A stretch of 64,000 nucleotides of DNA from Octopus bimaculoides (lineage: Eukaryota): NCBI RefSeq assembly GCF_001194135.2, contig NC_068983.1, forward strand, positions 128,498,211 through 128,562,210, read 5' to 3'. Below the pieces are notes generated by a model that was not told the origin of the DNA, made no database searches, and saw only the letters and a list, made by a program, of their open reading frames with translations. Both the position numbers and the translations under genes were made by a program. This document shows positions 12,760 through 26,850 of this stretch, in pieces. Position 1 is the stretch's first letter, and the number at the start of each line of letters is the position of its first letter.

Positions 12760-13720
12760 AGTACTGTTAGAAGTATGTAGATTAAAGGTGTAAATAATGT
12801 TGTAATGAAATACTATTCTAAAAGCAAGCCTGTGAATGCAAATGATGTGCCAATTAGAGGATATAGACAACAGATGTTGCAAGAATGGCTGGTGATAGGG
12901 TTTTTGAGCCAACTGAACAGAGAATTCGTGATCAGGCAAGGACAAAAAGCAACAATAGATTGCTTTTTGAGATGGAGATTGAAATGATAAACAATTCCTC
13001 AAGAGAGAAATAGCACCGTTAGGAATGATGCCGATGAAAGAAATGAGTTTTATAGTGATGTCTGGGGAGTAAGAAAAGAGAACAATAGAAGTTTAGAGTG
13101 GCTGACAAACATACAAATTGGCATTGGGGATAATCAACAGGTAGAATTAGGGATAACATCTGGTAGTTCTCCAATAAATTGGAAAGCTCCCGACAGGAGA
13201 TGGTATACAAGGTTTCTGGTTGTAAAAGCTGAGGGACCTTCATATGTGAATTGCTGTGCAAATGAATAACATCTTGAATGGAATGGAGAGGAGAGGTTGC
13301 CAGAATGGCTAACCTTTTGGTGAGCGATCTTGTGTTTGAAGGATACCGGCAAAGAAAAAGCAATTGATATCTTTAGACCTATCTCTTGCTTTTTCCCTTA
13401 TGTGGATGCTTATGACAGGTGTCATTGCTGAATCAATGACTGAAAATCTGGAGGAGACATTACCTGATAACCAGAAGGGATGTAACAGAAGAAACAAGGG
13501 GATTAAGAATGAATTATTGATTGATAAAATATCATTAAAGATTGTAAAAGAAGGGTCACAAACCTTGCCATTGCTTGGATGGATTGATTACCGCAAGGCT
13601 TACGACATGATACCATTTGGTTTGATAGTAGAATGTTTGGAAATGTCTTGTTGTTTCGAGCTAACATTTTGCTGTTTCTAGAAAGTAGTATGGCTGGTTG
13701 GAAGACTGAGCTGACATAAC
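12760..13720 (+). mobile_element. R4/Dong-like 5' ORF region plus RT start (another subfamily), internally deleted
   Basis: VMKYYSKSKP...RGYRQQMLQEW...EQRIRDQAR (N-terminal domain), NWKAP...IQGFW, FRPISC, QKGC, LLIDK and WIDYRKAYDMIP. Confidence 0.85.
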
Positions 13721-14329
13721 GTGTGTTGGTTGTAATACACTTAACCCAATCCCGAAATTTCTGGCCTGGCGCCAAAATTTGACACAAGCATTAAAGCCTT
13801 AGAAACGCTATCAAACATAATGAAAATGCGAATGGACTTTTCAGTGCCGAAAGTAGATTTGAAAAATGATCAACAGAATCTAAACATAACGTTAGGAAGG
13901 ACACGAAGAGACTATGTTATTGGGCATTCGCTGGTGCAGAGGCAGTACAATGTGATTAAGTATATATTTGATATCACTTCATGAAAGAATGTTACGAATG
14001 ATTGACAAATAACCTGACTCTACTGTATTATGGGCACAAACGCACCCTTAAGTTAACCAGATCAAACTAGATTAAAGAAAAGAAGAACTGTGACCATAAT
14101 GAAAGAAAAACTATAAAAGCAAATTTTTCAGTACAAAACTATCACATTATCCTGCAAAATGCTTGGAAGTATCGTTCGGTATGATTGCCAATTACGTCTT
14201 CCAGCAAAAGGCTAATGAATTAACAGTGACTCATTGATGTCTGGAGGAGAGATATCTTGTTGATACATTCTAGGAAGTTTTCATCATATATTTGCAAGCA
14301 TGAGTACAGACAAAATTAGGCTCATAAGA

Positions 14330-14359
14330 GAAAGAGAGAGAGAGATAGAGAGAGAGAGA

Positions 14360-14405
<46 letters not shown>
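14330..14405. repeat. (GA)n microsatellite
   Basis: Read directly from sequence. Confidence 0.95.
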
Positions 14406-14406
<1 letters not shown>

Positions 14407-15313
14407 GTGGGAGAGTGGGGCATGGAGAAAGTCGAAAAAGTGAAATGGAGAAGATTATGAGAAACTAGGAAAACAAGTGAGGGAAAAAGTGGGGTAGACT
14501 CTGAAGTGAAGAAACATGCTAAATGAATTCATTCAATAATTTAGTATAGAAAGATAAAAAAAAAACAAAAAATAAGTAAAATATTATTGAACAAACCAAT
14601 TTATTAACCCATGCAGAGTTCAAGACAATTATATGAAAATAGATTTACAGAATAGAAATAATATATAAACGGTAAGAGATGTGTTTGTACGGACGTGTCT
14701 ATATATATATAGACACATATATATGCTTACGTATATAAATATATCCACACACATATATAGACATACAAATGCAAATAACAGTTATGCATTTGTGTACAAA
14801 CGCATACACATGTATTTGATTGGGTGTAATTAGATAGATATACAGGTACATACATGTAATATAAATATATTTAGATACAGAGAGGGCATGGTAGACGGAT
14901 CGATCCATAGTTTGGTGGATAAAATATTATTGTGCTTCTGTGTCCAACTATATTCCACTGCATACCTATTGACATATCTATAGGCACACACACACATACA
15001 CACATACAGATATGTATTCATATCTATCTGTATACTAATACTTATATACATAGGATTTGATGTGCACCATGTATTTTTTACCCCCACAATAATAGACGTC
15101 AAAGTAGGGTAGTTTCCCTTACATTATAACTTTTCAGCTAATAATTTGTCCGTCCTTGTCCATATTTGACCCTGTGACTTACCATGAACAACTTAAACAC
15201 AGTTACAACACTTCATCAAGTATTGCTTGCTTGAATGCTTTCCAGCGTACACACGCATGCAGAGATTAAAAAAAAAGACATATGTATATACATTTAATCC
15301 CTCTCGCTCTCTC

Positions 15314-15344
<31 letters not shown>

Positions 15345-18300
15345 CACACACCATTCAGTCATATATACACACATAAAGAATATATGTACATACATATATG
15401 AATATATGAGTATACATATATAAACATTAAGTACATGCATACACACTCACACAGCTCTCTCTATATGTATCTCTATATATATATACACATGCAGAGATAC
15501 AGGCACGCACATACATGTGGACATGTATAATATTTTGTTTGCAAACATTCTGTTGTTATTGAATTTAATAGAATTTTCGTGCACAAAAATATGTAAAACA
15601 AGAAAAGCAAATAGGAAAACAGGTTGAAAGTACAGCTCATTTAAGATAAGACTATTTAAACATTTAATAGAAACAGGTGTGAACGTTTTCTATTGAAAGA
15701 TTATAGTTCGTTTGATACGCTATTATGTTCGCGTGATGAAATGAGAAGAAACCATATCAGTTATGTCCAATATTATGTAAGATTTTTACATGGGCAATTC
15801 CTTTCATGCTATTCAATGTTTTTGATGTATCCAAGGAATAGTAGAAGGAGCATTTGTTTATTTTCTTTTTCCTACAGTTTATTTTTGTTTCTGTTTATAA
15901 TATTTATAAATTAATTATTGAAGAGTGAAAACAGAGTCTATGCCATTCCTGTTCTTACCACTATATTTTTTCGTGCTTGTAAAGAAACGTATGATTCTAT
16001 ACAAAAATATGCGCTCCAAACTCTTTGGAAAATTGTTATCGATATAGAAAGGGAATCAAATGAACCATAAAGAATTTTCTAAAAAATTCCTTTAGCTATC
16101 ATGGAAAAACAAACCGTAAATATTAAAGAACATTTTCGTTTCATCTTGTTTCATATTATACATTTGAATGACTTTCTAAATATTAAAAGAATGAAAACAT
16201 TTTATTTAAAAAATCGTAGCACCAATGAAGAAGTGATTTAAAGGCAATTCAGACGGACTAACGAGGGAGTCTGTATGTGATATCTCGTCTTGCTGCAATA
16301 AGAAACCAAACACCTTTTAAACCATATATCTCATTGACACGAAAATGGGGGAGAATACGAGGGGACAACGTTATTCAAGATGTAAATGAGAAGGAAATGA
16401 AAAAAAAAAAAAAGAAAAAAAGGAGATGGAAAAGACTGAAATTCTTTCATCAACAGCTTTTCTCTATCAGAAATGATTTGGGGTATATGCAGCGACAACA
16501 CCATCATTCGGATCCATATTTAGTTGAATGAGGTAGTTTGTTATCAAAGACAGAAGTGACATTAGTTGTTTGTATCCTGTTGTCAGTTAGGAAGTATATC
16601 CGAGGATAACACACTCAATTATATGTATGTATGAATAGGAGCAAGATGATAGAGATGTAAGACTCTTTTATTCAGCGCCTGAACTGAAATACTTACATGT
16701 TTACTGGCGATAGGAGTGGCGTTCAATCCTTCTTTTGCTGCAGAAGTAGAATAGATGTTCTTATATAAATCATTACATCTGACTCTTAATTTAAATAGCC
16801 ACATTTTCATGGGAAAGTCTAACTCGATTCAATATCTAATTGTCTGGAGTGTGTTGTTGTTGCTAATACGTTTACAATTGATTTTAACTTCAACTCTGGC
16901 AATTATTGTGACGAACTAAACTATTTCTATCTAAATAATTTTAGAAATATTTGTCAATTAAGAACACATAGTGTTTACATATTGCTCGAGTACAATTTAT
17001 CTCTAAATGTTGTTGTCAGTGATGATAATAAAGATGATGAGGAGGAAGACGAAGATCGTGTATTTGCCATCTTTTTACATTGACTATTGTGTGATGATAA
17101 TTCTTTTCAATTACTCCCCTAACGGCCACGATAAATCGCTTAATCCTACTCTGAGCACTCTAAAACTTATGAGTCCTCTGTTTCTACTGAAAGTTAAGTA
17201 ATATTTGCAGTGATAATCACATGAATAATAGCTGCAAAGACTGAGAATTTGAGGGCAAATCACAATTAAAATAATATTCAAATATTTAGTTAGAAAATAC
17301 ATCAAGGAAACAGGTTCTATATGAGAGTATATATGTTGTTGCGCGGCTTTCTAGAAGTAGAAAAGCAGTCTTTAAATAGATCATATCGTCTTATAATAAA
17401 GAGAATGGTTGGACATATTATTGAATATTATGGTCTGACATGCACTTTCTGGAAAATACACCGATATAGACATGGTCGGAACATATTTGATCCTACCAAA
17501 TTCATCAGTGTTAAACTTGGCATAAACAGCAGGCAGTACCAATAGTAATAATGATAATAGTATAAACCATATTGAGTTGCCGTGACGAGTGAAAAAATGT
17601 TAGTCCACAATCTTGTGCATATGTGTGTGTGAATGTGTATATGCATATGCATATGCACATACACTAACACTCATATATGTATATACACATCAATAACAAT
17701 TTGACATAATGTCATATAATCAACTGATTACGTTATTCTAAGTCCACATTGTTGTTCTGCTGTAGTAAATTCCTCATTAATTCTGGCAAAATTGATTCCA
17801 AGATGATCAATTGAGATGTAACCACAGCAGAAACATGATGTTATAATTGAAATTAATCCATAAATAAAGAAATAAATAAGTTATTACAGAAAAAAAATAG
17901 AAATCAATAAACAATATCTTTTACATGAATTAGAATTTCAAGAAATCAAATATTAAGCGTAGGAAATGTTAGGAATGTTTCCCTGTGTAACATTCAAGGA
18001 ACGTCCATGGAAGTCCACAACAACATGATGTTTAATTATGAAGCATCAAGAATGTGTTAGAAATCCCGTGTTTACAGATAAAAGTTTTCTTTTACAGATA
18101 CGATGAAAATGAATGGCGTTCTGTGTGTAAGGGAATGTACAGGGAGTTAGAGAAGGAGAATGAGATAAACGATGGGTGTGTGAATGAGAGATTTTAAATG
18201 AGGGAAACAAATCGAATGATTAATAGAAGAAAGAAAAATAGAGGCAGAAAGAAAAATAGAGAAAGAGAGAGGGGGAGAGAAGGGGAGGGAGAGCGAGAAA

Positions 18301-18874
18301 GAGAAGGAATGATAACAGGTGATAGAGAGATTGAGTGAAAGACTAATATAAACAAACTGGCAGAGAAATAGAAAAAAAGGAACTGAAAGTGATTGAATTT
18401 ACTACAGACGAACAGTAAAGTATTTCAAATAAAGATAAACACATTGAAACATTTGATAATGATGGTAGTAGCGGTGGTGGTTCTCACAATAGTCTTTGTG
18501 GTGGAATTGGTGTTAGTATTAGTGGGGATAGCGTAGGTGGGGCTAGTAATGTCGGAAGTGGTTGTGGTGATAAGGAGAAAGATGAAGAAAATGTTGTTGA
18601 CTATGATGATGCTATGAATATGATTGCATCAATAACACCAGGAGCACAATTTTCGTCGGGTTAAATCTGATGCTTGTTTTTGACTAATTTTTGGCCCCTG
18701 AATCCAGAAATGAACCCAGTTCTGCATCGCATTAACTTTCTGAGCTACGGGGATAGCCTTCTTTTGTCGCAAGAACTATACAAATACCGTAACTTACACA
18801 TGTGTGCTTATTTTACAGAATGTTTTAAAGATGGATATACAATGGAAAATAAATGTTTCACTCTAGTGATTTTT

Positions 18875-19260
18875 TTCTGTCTCAACCATTAGACTGCGGT
18901 TATGCTGGAGTCTCACCTACAAGAATTTTATTCGAACGAATCGATCTCAGTACTTCGTTTGATCTTAAGCCTGGTACTTATCCTATCGGTCGCTTTTGCT
19001 GAACAATCAGGTTACAATAACCTAAACACATTAGACCTAGTTGCCAAGTGGTCGTGAGGGACAAACATAGAGACACTGACACACACACATACCTGGGTAT
19101 GTATACCTCGAGTGTCTTTCAATTTCCGTCTACCAAATCGGCAGATTTTGGTCAACCGTATGCTTTAGTAGAAGATATTTTCCCAACTTGCCATGCGGTG
19201 GGGTTGAACCCAGAACCCTGTGAGTGGGAAGCAAGCATATTTTACCACACAGCCACATAA
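18875..19260 (-). mobile_element. tRNA-derived SINE family B, near full length
   Basis: The minus strand begins gtggctgtgtggtaaaatatgcttgcttcccactcacagggttctgggttcaaccc (A/B-box-like), carries an internal (TG)n and ends ...ccagcataaccgcagtctaatgg. Confidence 0.85.
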
Positions 19261-20219
19261 ATCAAATTTCTTCATATAAAGGAGATTGTCACTCTAAGTA
19301 AAACTGTGTGCAAGTAGGTAAGGTAAAAAAAAAAAAATTACACTTATAGCTTTCCAAGAGTATTGAATTTGTGGACAATTTCTCTTCATGTACCAACAAT
19401 AGTCAACTATCATATTTGCATAACATCTATCCTGATAACTTCCCTCCACGACCTTTAAATCTAGACGGAAGCGTTCACCTTGCTCATCGCTGACCTAACA
19501 AAGACTGAGTCTTTTGTTAGTGATAGTGATCATACTGATCAACATGTAAGTACATTTACACAGGATACTAATTCAAATCGTCAGTAATATTAACTACGAA
19601 ACTGTCACATTAGTAAAGGAGAACATTAGATGCTTGCCAAGTATTCAGAGACAATAAATAACAATATTTATGTCAGTAGAAAATGAGCATTGAACATTTA
19701 CGATTACTTGATAAGCACGGTATGTATGTAGATCAAAATTCCAAAACTGATTGCTAGAATCTAAGCAAAGTTTATCATGCATATTTTCCTATTATATAAG
19801 GATAAACGTAAGAATATCTGAGATTCCTGATATAATGAATATGCTCTGCTAATCTTGAAGTGTAAAAATATTTAGTTAATTTTGAACTGTAAAGTTACAT
19901 AAAGCCAACTTGAATGTTTCATGTGCCAGGTTTTGAAAACTATCAAGATGAGATCGGTGTAGTGAATGAGAATGCAGTGGGGCTACAGTGCCAGTTAGAA
20001 ATAACCACACAATTTTACCCAATTGCGTTCAAACTTCAGGTTGTATAAAAGAGATTCTAGACAAATATCTGCTTTGTTGATCCAAGTGATTAGGAGTTAA
20101 TCAACAACAGTTTCAATAAATCGAGAAGTGGTATGGAAAATGTAACCTAACAAATAATATAAGAAAACAGTGGTCTCTTATATGTAAATAACAAATAGTA
20201 GGTGACGAGGTAAGTGTTT

Positions 20220-22300
20220 TGAATAATGGCCTTTGTTACCTCATCTTTGGATGAACATACGTCAAGACATTCTGCTGCCCTCTTTTCGCCCAAGATTTCT
20301 TTTATTCATGTTAGCTCACTTTCATTCCCAATATGCTTTGTCTCTCTTTTACTATATATCGCAGAATTGTTACTACTCTATCTTTTTAGCGATAATCCCT
20401 CTTGCATAAGTTCGTATCTTCAATTTTTAACATTGATTAAGCCCAGATTTTCTCTCATCGCAGTTTCACACCATCCAAATTTGAGACCTAGCTTGCTTGC
20501 TGAATATTGTATTTACGACCAAGAAGTTGAGCTTAGCAGCTTTTGAAATCCAACCGAAGAAAGTTGAACAGTTATCATGACATTCTATATAACAGTCCAA
20601 CAATACTGCAAATTAACAATTTGCTGCCAGTTATTACGATCGTCGTACGAGTTAATGTCATTTTTGTATCTATGTGATTACAAGAGAGACAGTATAACTG
20701 GAGCTGGTTTGGCGATGCTATGTGCAACTAACATGTATTGCGGTGCTGTCATGACAATAGTTGGTAATCCAAACGCCCAAAATTAGTCGAGTTACATGCA
20801 TATATGTTATGAAATTACACTGCTTAAATAATGCGTTAGAAAAATGCGTATAGTTATTATTTTTGCTATTGGTGCTATTTTGTGTTCCAGGTCCGTCCTT
20901 AACGAGAAGGCCTACCTTTAATGACATTCCGGGTACTACATTGCCCTAGATTTGTATGGTAGTGTGTGATTTGAAAGCGATTTTGGCTATTTTTAGCGGG
21001 TCGAATAAACAAGTAGATACACCTTGGCAGCTGCTGTGATCTTAAAAGTCTCTATTATAATCCATATATTTCGTAACAATAACAAATGTAGTATTGAGCG
21101 TGATTTAAGCAAACCATAATAACGCTGCAATATTGTGGTTCATTCAATTATATTGGACAGATAGCCTTGCACAAAAGCTTTTGAAAGTACAGATTTAAAT
21201 TTCGCCTGAACAATACACAGCACAATTGAAAATTGGCTGTCACTACATTATTACTTAGAATTGCAATATATTAATATAGTCTAGTTAATGTTGGTTTTCA
21301 GCTAATTCAATATAACAGCTAAAGTATATTTTGCATTACGCCAGTATGCAATACTTCAAAGATAGTCAACAAGTAGATGATAATGAGAGAAATTGTTGAG
21401 ATTAATGTCATGGTGACACAGAATACTTATGTAAACATTTAACTTCAAAGGTTACTAAGAACATTGTCCAAATGCAGCTAAGTTCGAAACACACTAAAAC
21501 GACCTGATCTTGTTGACATGTCGGCATTTAGCTTAGATCAGTCTTATGTGCAAAGATGTTTTAGCTAGACAGTTGCATTTTTCTATTATTTCAGAAATCG
21601 CATCTAGGACAATATCTGACAGATTTATTGATTCTTTGCATAAACCATAGTGAGAAACGAGTGACATCGTGCTGCTACATATATCTGGTAGCTCGTGTGG
21701 ACGCGTAGAAGTTCTTTTTATCAATTTTTATTAATACCTCTGAGAAAACGGTGCAATGACCGTACTTTTTACTAGCTGCATTAGAGAAAATGCAGATAAT
21801 ATCATTGGAGTTCAGATTATAGATCTACATATTCAGGAAAATGTGACAGAAAAGTGTACTAAAAGATTATTGTTGATCTCAAAAGTTATTTTGGGGTAAA
21901 GATATTTAGTGTAGAATCTTTGAATAAAGACAATGAAGAATCCATTAGGAATGGAGGGAGAATCGTATGTTTATGAGTGAAAATTATATTTTGTGTTTAA
22001 TGGTGCTAAAGAAACAATTCAGACAGATCACCGAAGGGTTGTAAAGTGTCAGTGATTTTTTGACGATGAGTCGAACCTGTGTCATTTCGTGTGGTTTGAT
22101 ATGCTTTTGCAAGGTCGAGGAAGACTTATGATGCTTTCTTGCATTCTAAAATGTGGTTTCTACAATCTCCGATCTAGGAACAGCAACAAACTAAACATCC
22201 GTTCGGCACTCTAAAATAGAAAAATCACTTGAAATATGTTGATATCAGATTGCAAAGGCAAGCTGGTGTGCGGTCAGTCTTGAAACAGGAAGCAGTTATG
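20220..22300 (-). mobile_element. Possible very old hAT (Charlie/Buster-type) transposase relic
   Basis: Weak motif echoes in the expected order on the minus strand: SSTLQKHIKPH (BED-like), H..L.K...L..VL...I...L..RL, R.*L...VL..L (RWLSRGKVL-like) and CETA...LINVKN.R. Many stops. Confidence 0.3.
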
Positions 22301-23249
22301 CATATAGGAAATTGGCACATATGCAAGGAACTGCAATGCAGTTACAACGATCTTTCGTTATCGGTTGAATAGCAACCGCTACCTGCTGTGCGTTTGTGTT
22401 AATTAATGAACAAAATTTTCCGTAATCTATATTGAAGGAGCGCTCAGGATATATGTAGGTGGCACTAGAGTGTAGCATGTGTGGAGGAGGCCGTGGGTGG
22501 TCAAATTTAACAAGGTTCATGAAAATCAACTCTTTGTGAAGGCAGAAGTCTAGCGTGATATATACAAAACTGGCAATGACAGTAGAAGGCTGGGTGACAA
22601 GCGGATTAACATTGAAATCATATTAAAATGCATAGTTAATGAAGAAATATGCACTGATTAAAACTAGAAACTTCACAGTAGGAAACAACAATTAAATCTA
22701 GGTAAGATGTGTATGATGCACATATATTATTGCATAAATTGCATGAATATATTAGAAAAGGAAAGTGTTAAGCACTGTAGTAATAAAGCCATAAAAGAGA
22801 AGACAATGGGAAATAACCTTTCAGAAAGATATATAAATAGCCTTCAAAACACGGAAGATGTGACACCTCTTCAGATGTGGACCAATATTTTTGCGCATTA
22901 TTTATACATCAAACTCACCTATTTATCACAACTGCAAACATAAATATATATAACGGTATAAATTGGAAATTACTGGCATTAAACTTACCTAACTATCCGT
23001 TTGCCCTTGAAGTAGAGAGTAATTAATCCTATGGACGATCATTTATTTTGTTTTCCTTCGTGTATGGCCAGAAGTTGTTTTTCAATGGTTGATGCTCCGT
23101 AGATACATCATGCAAATAGTGATGCTACGGTATCACGACCTGGCTATAGCCACGTATGCACATATACATACATATGTGTGTATATATCTATATCTGTCTC
23201 TCTCTATATATATATACACATATATATATATATGTATATGTACATATGA

Positions 23250-23299
<50 letters not shown>

Positions 23300-24135
23300 A
23301 CGTGTGTGTGAGTATGTGTTTGTGTGTGTGTACGTGTGTGTGAGTTTGTGTGTGTGTGTGTGTGTATATGTTTGTGCGTGTGTGTGTGTGTGTGTGTTTG
23401 TGTAAAATCGATTCTGAATCTCGTCAAGTTTGCTGGCTAAAAACACTTGAATAAATTCTTCATTACATTACAGACATTCATCATAGATCTCTGGCAACAA
23501 CAAGGGCAACAGCAACAGCAGCTACAGTAAAGAGAGACTCAAAACAAACAAAATCTCGAATAGAAAACAAAACAAAGAAGCAACGTGAACACAATAAGAA
23601 GAAAACAAAAGAAGACTAAGGAAGCAAAGAATTGTGAAGTAGAGAGAGTGGCGAGTGTCCGGCGAAGAAGGATTGAACATAAATGAAGAATATTAGATGA
23701 AATACATTTATTAACTCTTCTACGTCCAACACTAGATTTACGCTGGTGACCCTGGGTTGCGTTCTGTAATGAAATAAATGAAATCTAAGATAGTTAATGG
23801 ACTTCCCTTAATATCCTGTTAAACAGTTCACAACTCTATTGGCACTATGAAAACGATGAAGGTTTTTTAAAACATATTATTCACCATTTCAGATATATTC
23901 CTACCAACTTTGAGATTATTTCATTTTGTTCTCCCATGATTTTTCTAGAAATTTAGATTTCGCTTCCGACATTCATGTTTATCCTCACAGTATTTCATCT
24001 TGCATATGATAATTTTGAACGAAACAGCGTGAAAAATACATGCCTATATTTGTGTGTGACTGTATGCGTGCGGAAGAGTGCTTACCTGAGTAAGAGTGCA
24101 TCATATAATTTGCTGTTGTTGTTGTGCCTAAGGCG

Positions 24136-24230
24136 GTGAGCTTTGAGAATCGTTAGTACGCTTGGGAAAGTGCTTAGCGGCATTTCGTCTGTCTTTAGTT
24201 TCTGAATTCAAATTCCACCGGAGGGGACGT
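24136..24230 (+). mobile_element. SINE family A 5' half
   Basis: ggcggtgagctttgagaatcgttagtacg...gaattcaaattccacc. Confidence 0.8.
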
Positions 24231-24237
24231 GATACTA

Positions 24238-24400
24238 ATAGTAATTGGTGCACTTGGAAGTATCGGCACTCAACTTCCAACATAGCTGAAAAAGATTGAA
24301 GGAAGTGTGAAGGTAGAAACCAACAAAAATAAGTATTGCTTGGAACTGTAAGAATTCTTCGCAGGATTTTTAAATGATGGCCTGTAAATGGGTCACCTTA
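24238..24400 (+). mobile_element. R4/Dong-like 3' end fragment
   Basis: LIVIGALGSIG...VLLGTVRILRRIFK*. Confidence 0.75.
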
Positions 24401-24487
24401 GTATGCTGGCTGTGGACAGCTGACAGATTCCATCATACCCCCATCATACCAAGCAATATAAGCTGTGAGTTTTCATATAATAATAAT

Positions 24488-24705
24488 TACCCTTTCTAGT
24501 AAAGGCAGAAAACCTGAAATGTTTGATGAATTGCCTAGTCAGTTAAGTCGACGGAAGTGATTCACCAATATTTAATGCATCGACTCCGAAAGGATGAAAG
24601 GCAAAGCCGACCTCGGAAGAATTTGACCTTAGAACGTAGACACAGACGAAATGCAGTTAAGCACTTTGCCCAGAGTGCTAACTACTCTGCCAGCCCGCCA
24701 CCTTA
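24488..24705 (-). mobile_element. SINE family A
   Basis: Reverse complement starts ggtggcgggctggcagagtagttagcac and aligns to 1095-1310. Confidence 0.85.
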
Positions 24706-24723
24706 ATAATAAAAATAATTATT

Positions 24724-24933
24724 TTTTCAAATTTTGCCACAAGGGCATATCGGAGAAGTGGGAATGAGTCAATTACATGGTCCCCAGTATTCGATTGGTA
24801 CTTATTTTATCGACCCCGAAAGCATGAAAAGCAAAGTCGACCTTGGTGAAATTTGAACTGAGAATGTAGCGACGGGCGAAATACCGCTAAACATTTCGTC
24901 CAGCGGGCTAACGATTCTGCCAGCTCGCTGCTT
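24724..24933 (-). mobile_element. SINE family A, tandem with the previous copy
   Basis: Reverse complement starts gcagcgagctggcagaatcgttagccc and has B-box agttcaaatttc. Confidence 0.88.
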
Positions 24934-26433
24934 TAACAACAACAATACTAATAATATGTGAATACGAATCTATAGACATATATTGCACACATATTTGTAT
25001 AAATCATTATATATGTATATATTATTTTTATTGTTGGGCAAAATGTGTTGTGGAATTACAAGTGTGATTAGCAGCAGCACCGAAGTGGTGTAGTACTCGT
25101 CAGTTCATATTGGATTACATCGTGGATAATGTGCTTGAAAAGAAGACTTCTGCATAGTAATGTGACGGCCATTGCAGGCAGACGTAGATTATTGAGGGCT
25201 GTGAGGAAAATGAAAGAAACTCGTGTATCCATTGGTAGGAATATGAGGAAACAGTATAGAAAATACATTTGAAAATATAATTGAAAATATATTTGAGTTC
25301 TAAATAATGCTGGAGTATAAATCTGAAAGACTAAAAATTCTATTCTAATCCACTGAAGAAAGAAAGAAATGTGGAATTCGTATTTTTATTTGAGAATACG
25401 TTTTCCTGGCTTTCAGATGGAAAGGAACAGAAAGAGATTTCGGTTGGTGAAGTAAATGTTTAACGCAATGCGTCGAGAACGTTAGGGTTGCTACTAGCAA
25501 TGTACAGATTCGTTCACATTCAAAATCATATAATTTAGTATTGAATTTATCTGAACGTAAACATGATTGTTTCAGCTCACGTTGAATCTTGTATTACGAC
25601 TTTGGGCATCAATTCAGATATTCGATTCTTAGCAATTTTAGCTGCAGGATTTGAATTACATTTTTAATGGTCTTAGTCAAATGTAAGGTGTTAACTTGAA
25701 ATTCATTTTCATGCTGGCAAGAGTGGAAGCTATAATGCTCAATGGCATTTTTCTGAAGATACACTTCAGAATCTGTAAAATAATTACTGCCGAATGGCTT
25801 TTATGCAACAGATTGAGTCATAATTTTATTCTTATTTCAGTCTTCAATTAATAGTGCACAAAAATCACATGCGGAAAGTATTTTGTTTATTTATCAAAAT
25901 ACATATAATCATATTCTATTATTTGTCCCCATCGTTGTGCCAGAAGATCAATTCCACGATTATAACTTCTGGCTGGTTTAAACATCTCCCTGCGTCAGTA
26001 CACAAACTCATATCCACGTTGTTCAAACTCCGTTCGTGCTGGAAATAAATCATGGTTCGGAAAAGTGGGTAATCTCATGCTAATAGGTTGGTGAGGCAGA
26101 AACATCAAGCCCACCAAGTTTCTCAAGTTTTCGCGTCGGTGCATTGATAGAGTGTGTAAGGGCTCAGCGATGCTGTTCGACTTCACATCTACGATTGACC
26201 AATGCCGAGTACCGGATTTGTACGTAATCTCTTAGAGTAGCTGTAGAACACACGTCGTATTCCCCAAAAGGTAGGACTACAATATTATTAGAAAACAACG
26301 AAGTGATTCGTTCATAACCACTTTCTAATTTTATTGAAAACAGTGTTAATTATATCAATATCAGGTTAAGCAAGGGATCATTATTTACATTATTTACATT
26401 TAACGGATATTTGTCCTCATCTTGTTTGCTGTT

Positions 26434-26466
26434 AACACAACTTTTCGGCTGCCTTCATCAGGCGTC
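26434..26466 (-). ncRNA. Degenerate minimal hammerhead ribozyme
   Basis: Reverse complement: GACGC CTGATGA A GGC A GCC GAAA AGTT GTGTT. Core intact, stem II collapsed, ACGT changed to AAGT. Confidence 0.5.
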
Positions 26467-26513
26467 TTGGGGAATTTTCGAACCTAGGTTCTCATACTTA
26501 AGGTATTTTTCGA

Positions 26514-26592
<79 letters not shown>

Positions 26593-26647
26593 TTTACTGC
26601 CTGGAATCGAACTCGGAATCTTGGGGTTAGTAGCCANNNNNNNNNNC

Positions 26648-26746
<99 letters not shown>

Positions 26747-26804
26747 CAACAGCAACATTGAAAAATACCTTAGGAATGAGAACCCAAGTTCGAAATTTCC
26801 CGAA

Positions 26805-26850
26805 GACACCCAATGAAGGCTGGAGAGTATATCAGCCGAAACGTTGTGTT
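26805..26850 (+). ncRNA. Minimal type I hammerhead motif with mutated core
   Basis: GACAC CCAATGA A GGCTG-gagagtatat-CAGCC GAAACGTT GTGTT. Stems I and II pair, but CUGAUGA is changed to CCAAUGA. Confidence 0.6.

Noticed and set aside
13790-13985. About 63 open codons on the plus strand after a SINE tail
   Set aside because: No homology recognised and no clear splice signals.
25068-25270. Stretch open on both strands for about 66 codons
   Set aside because: There is no recognisable motif or convincing splice site, and the length is within chance expectation.
25970-26260. Possible Penelope GIY-YIG remnant beside the 26-kb insertion
   Set aside because: I could not find a GIY-YIG motif in any frame, and the segment lies outside the putative TSD.
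26590-26636. tRNA gene (also the SINE heads at 1095, 19260, 24933 and 49219)
   Set aside because: There is no complete cloverleaf or acceptor stem. These are tRNA-derived heads of repeats.
26500-26760. Regular repeats that might suggest a CRISPR array
   Set aside because: They are simple (TAA)n tracts with no repeat-spacer structure and no cas genes, in a eukaryotic context.
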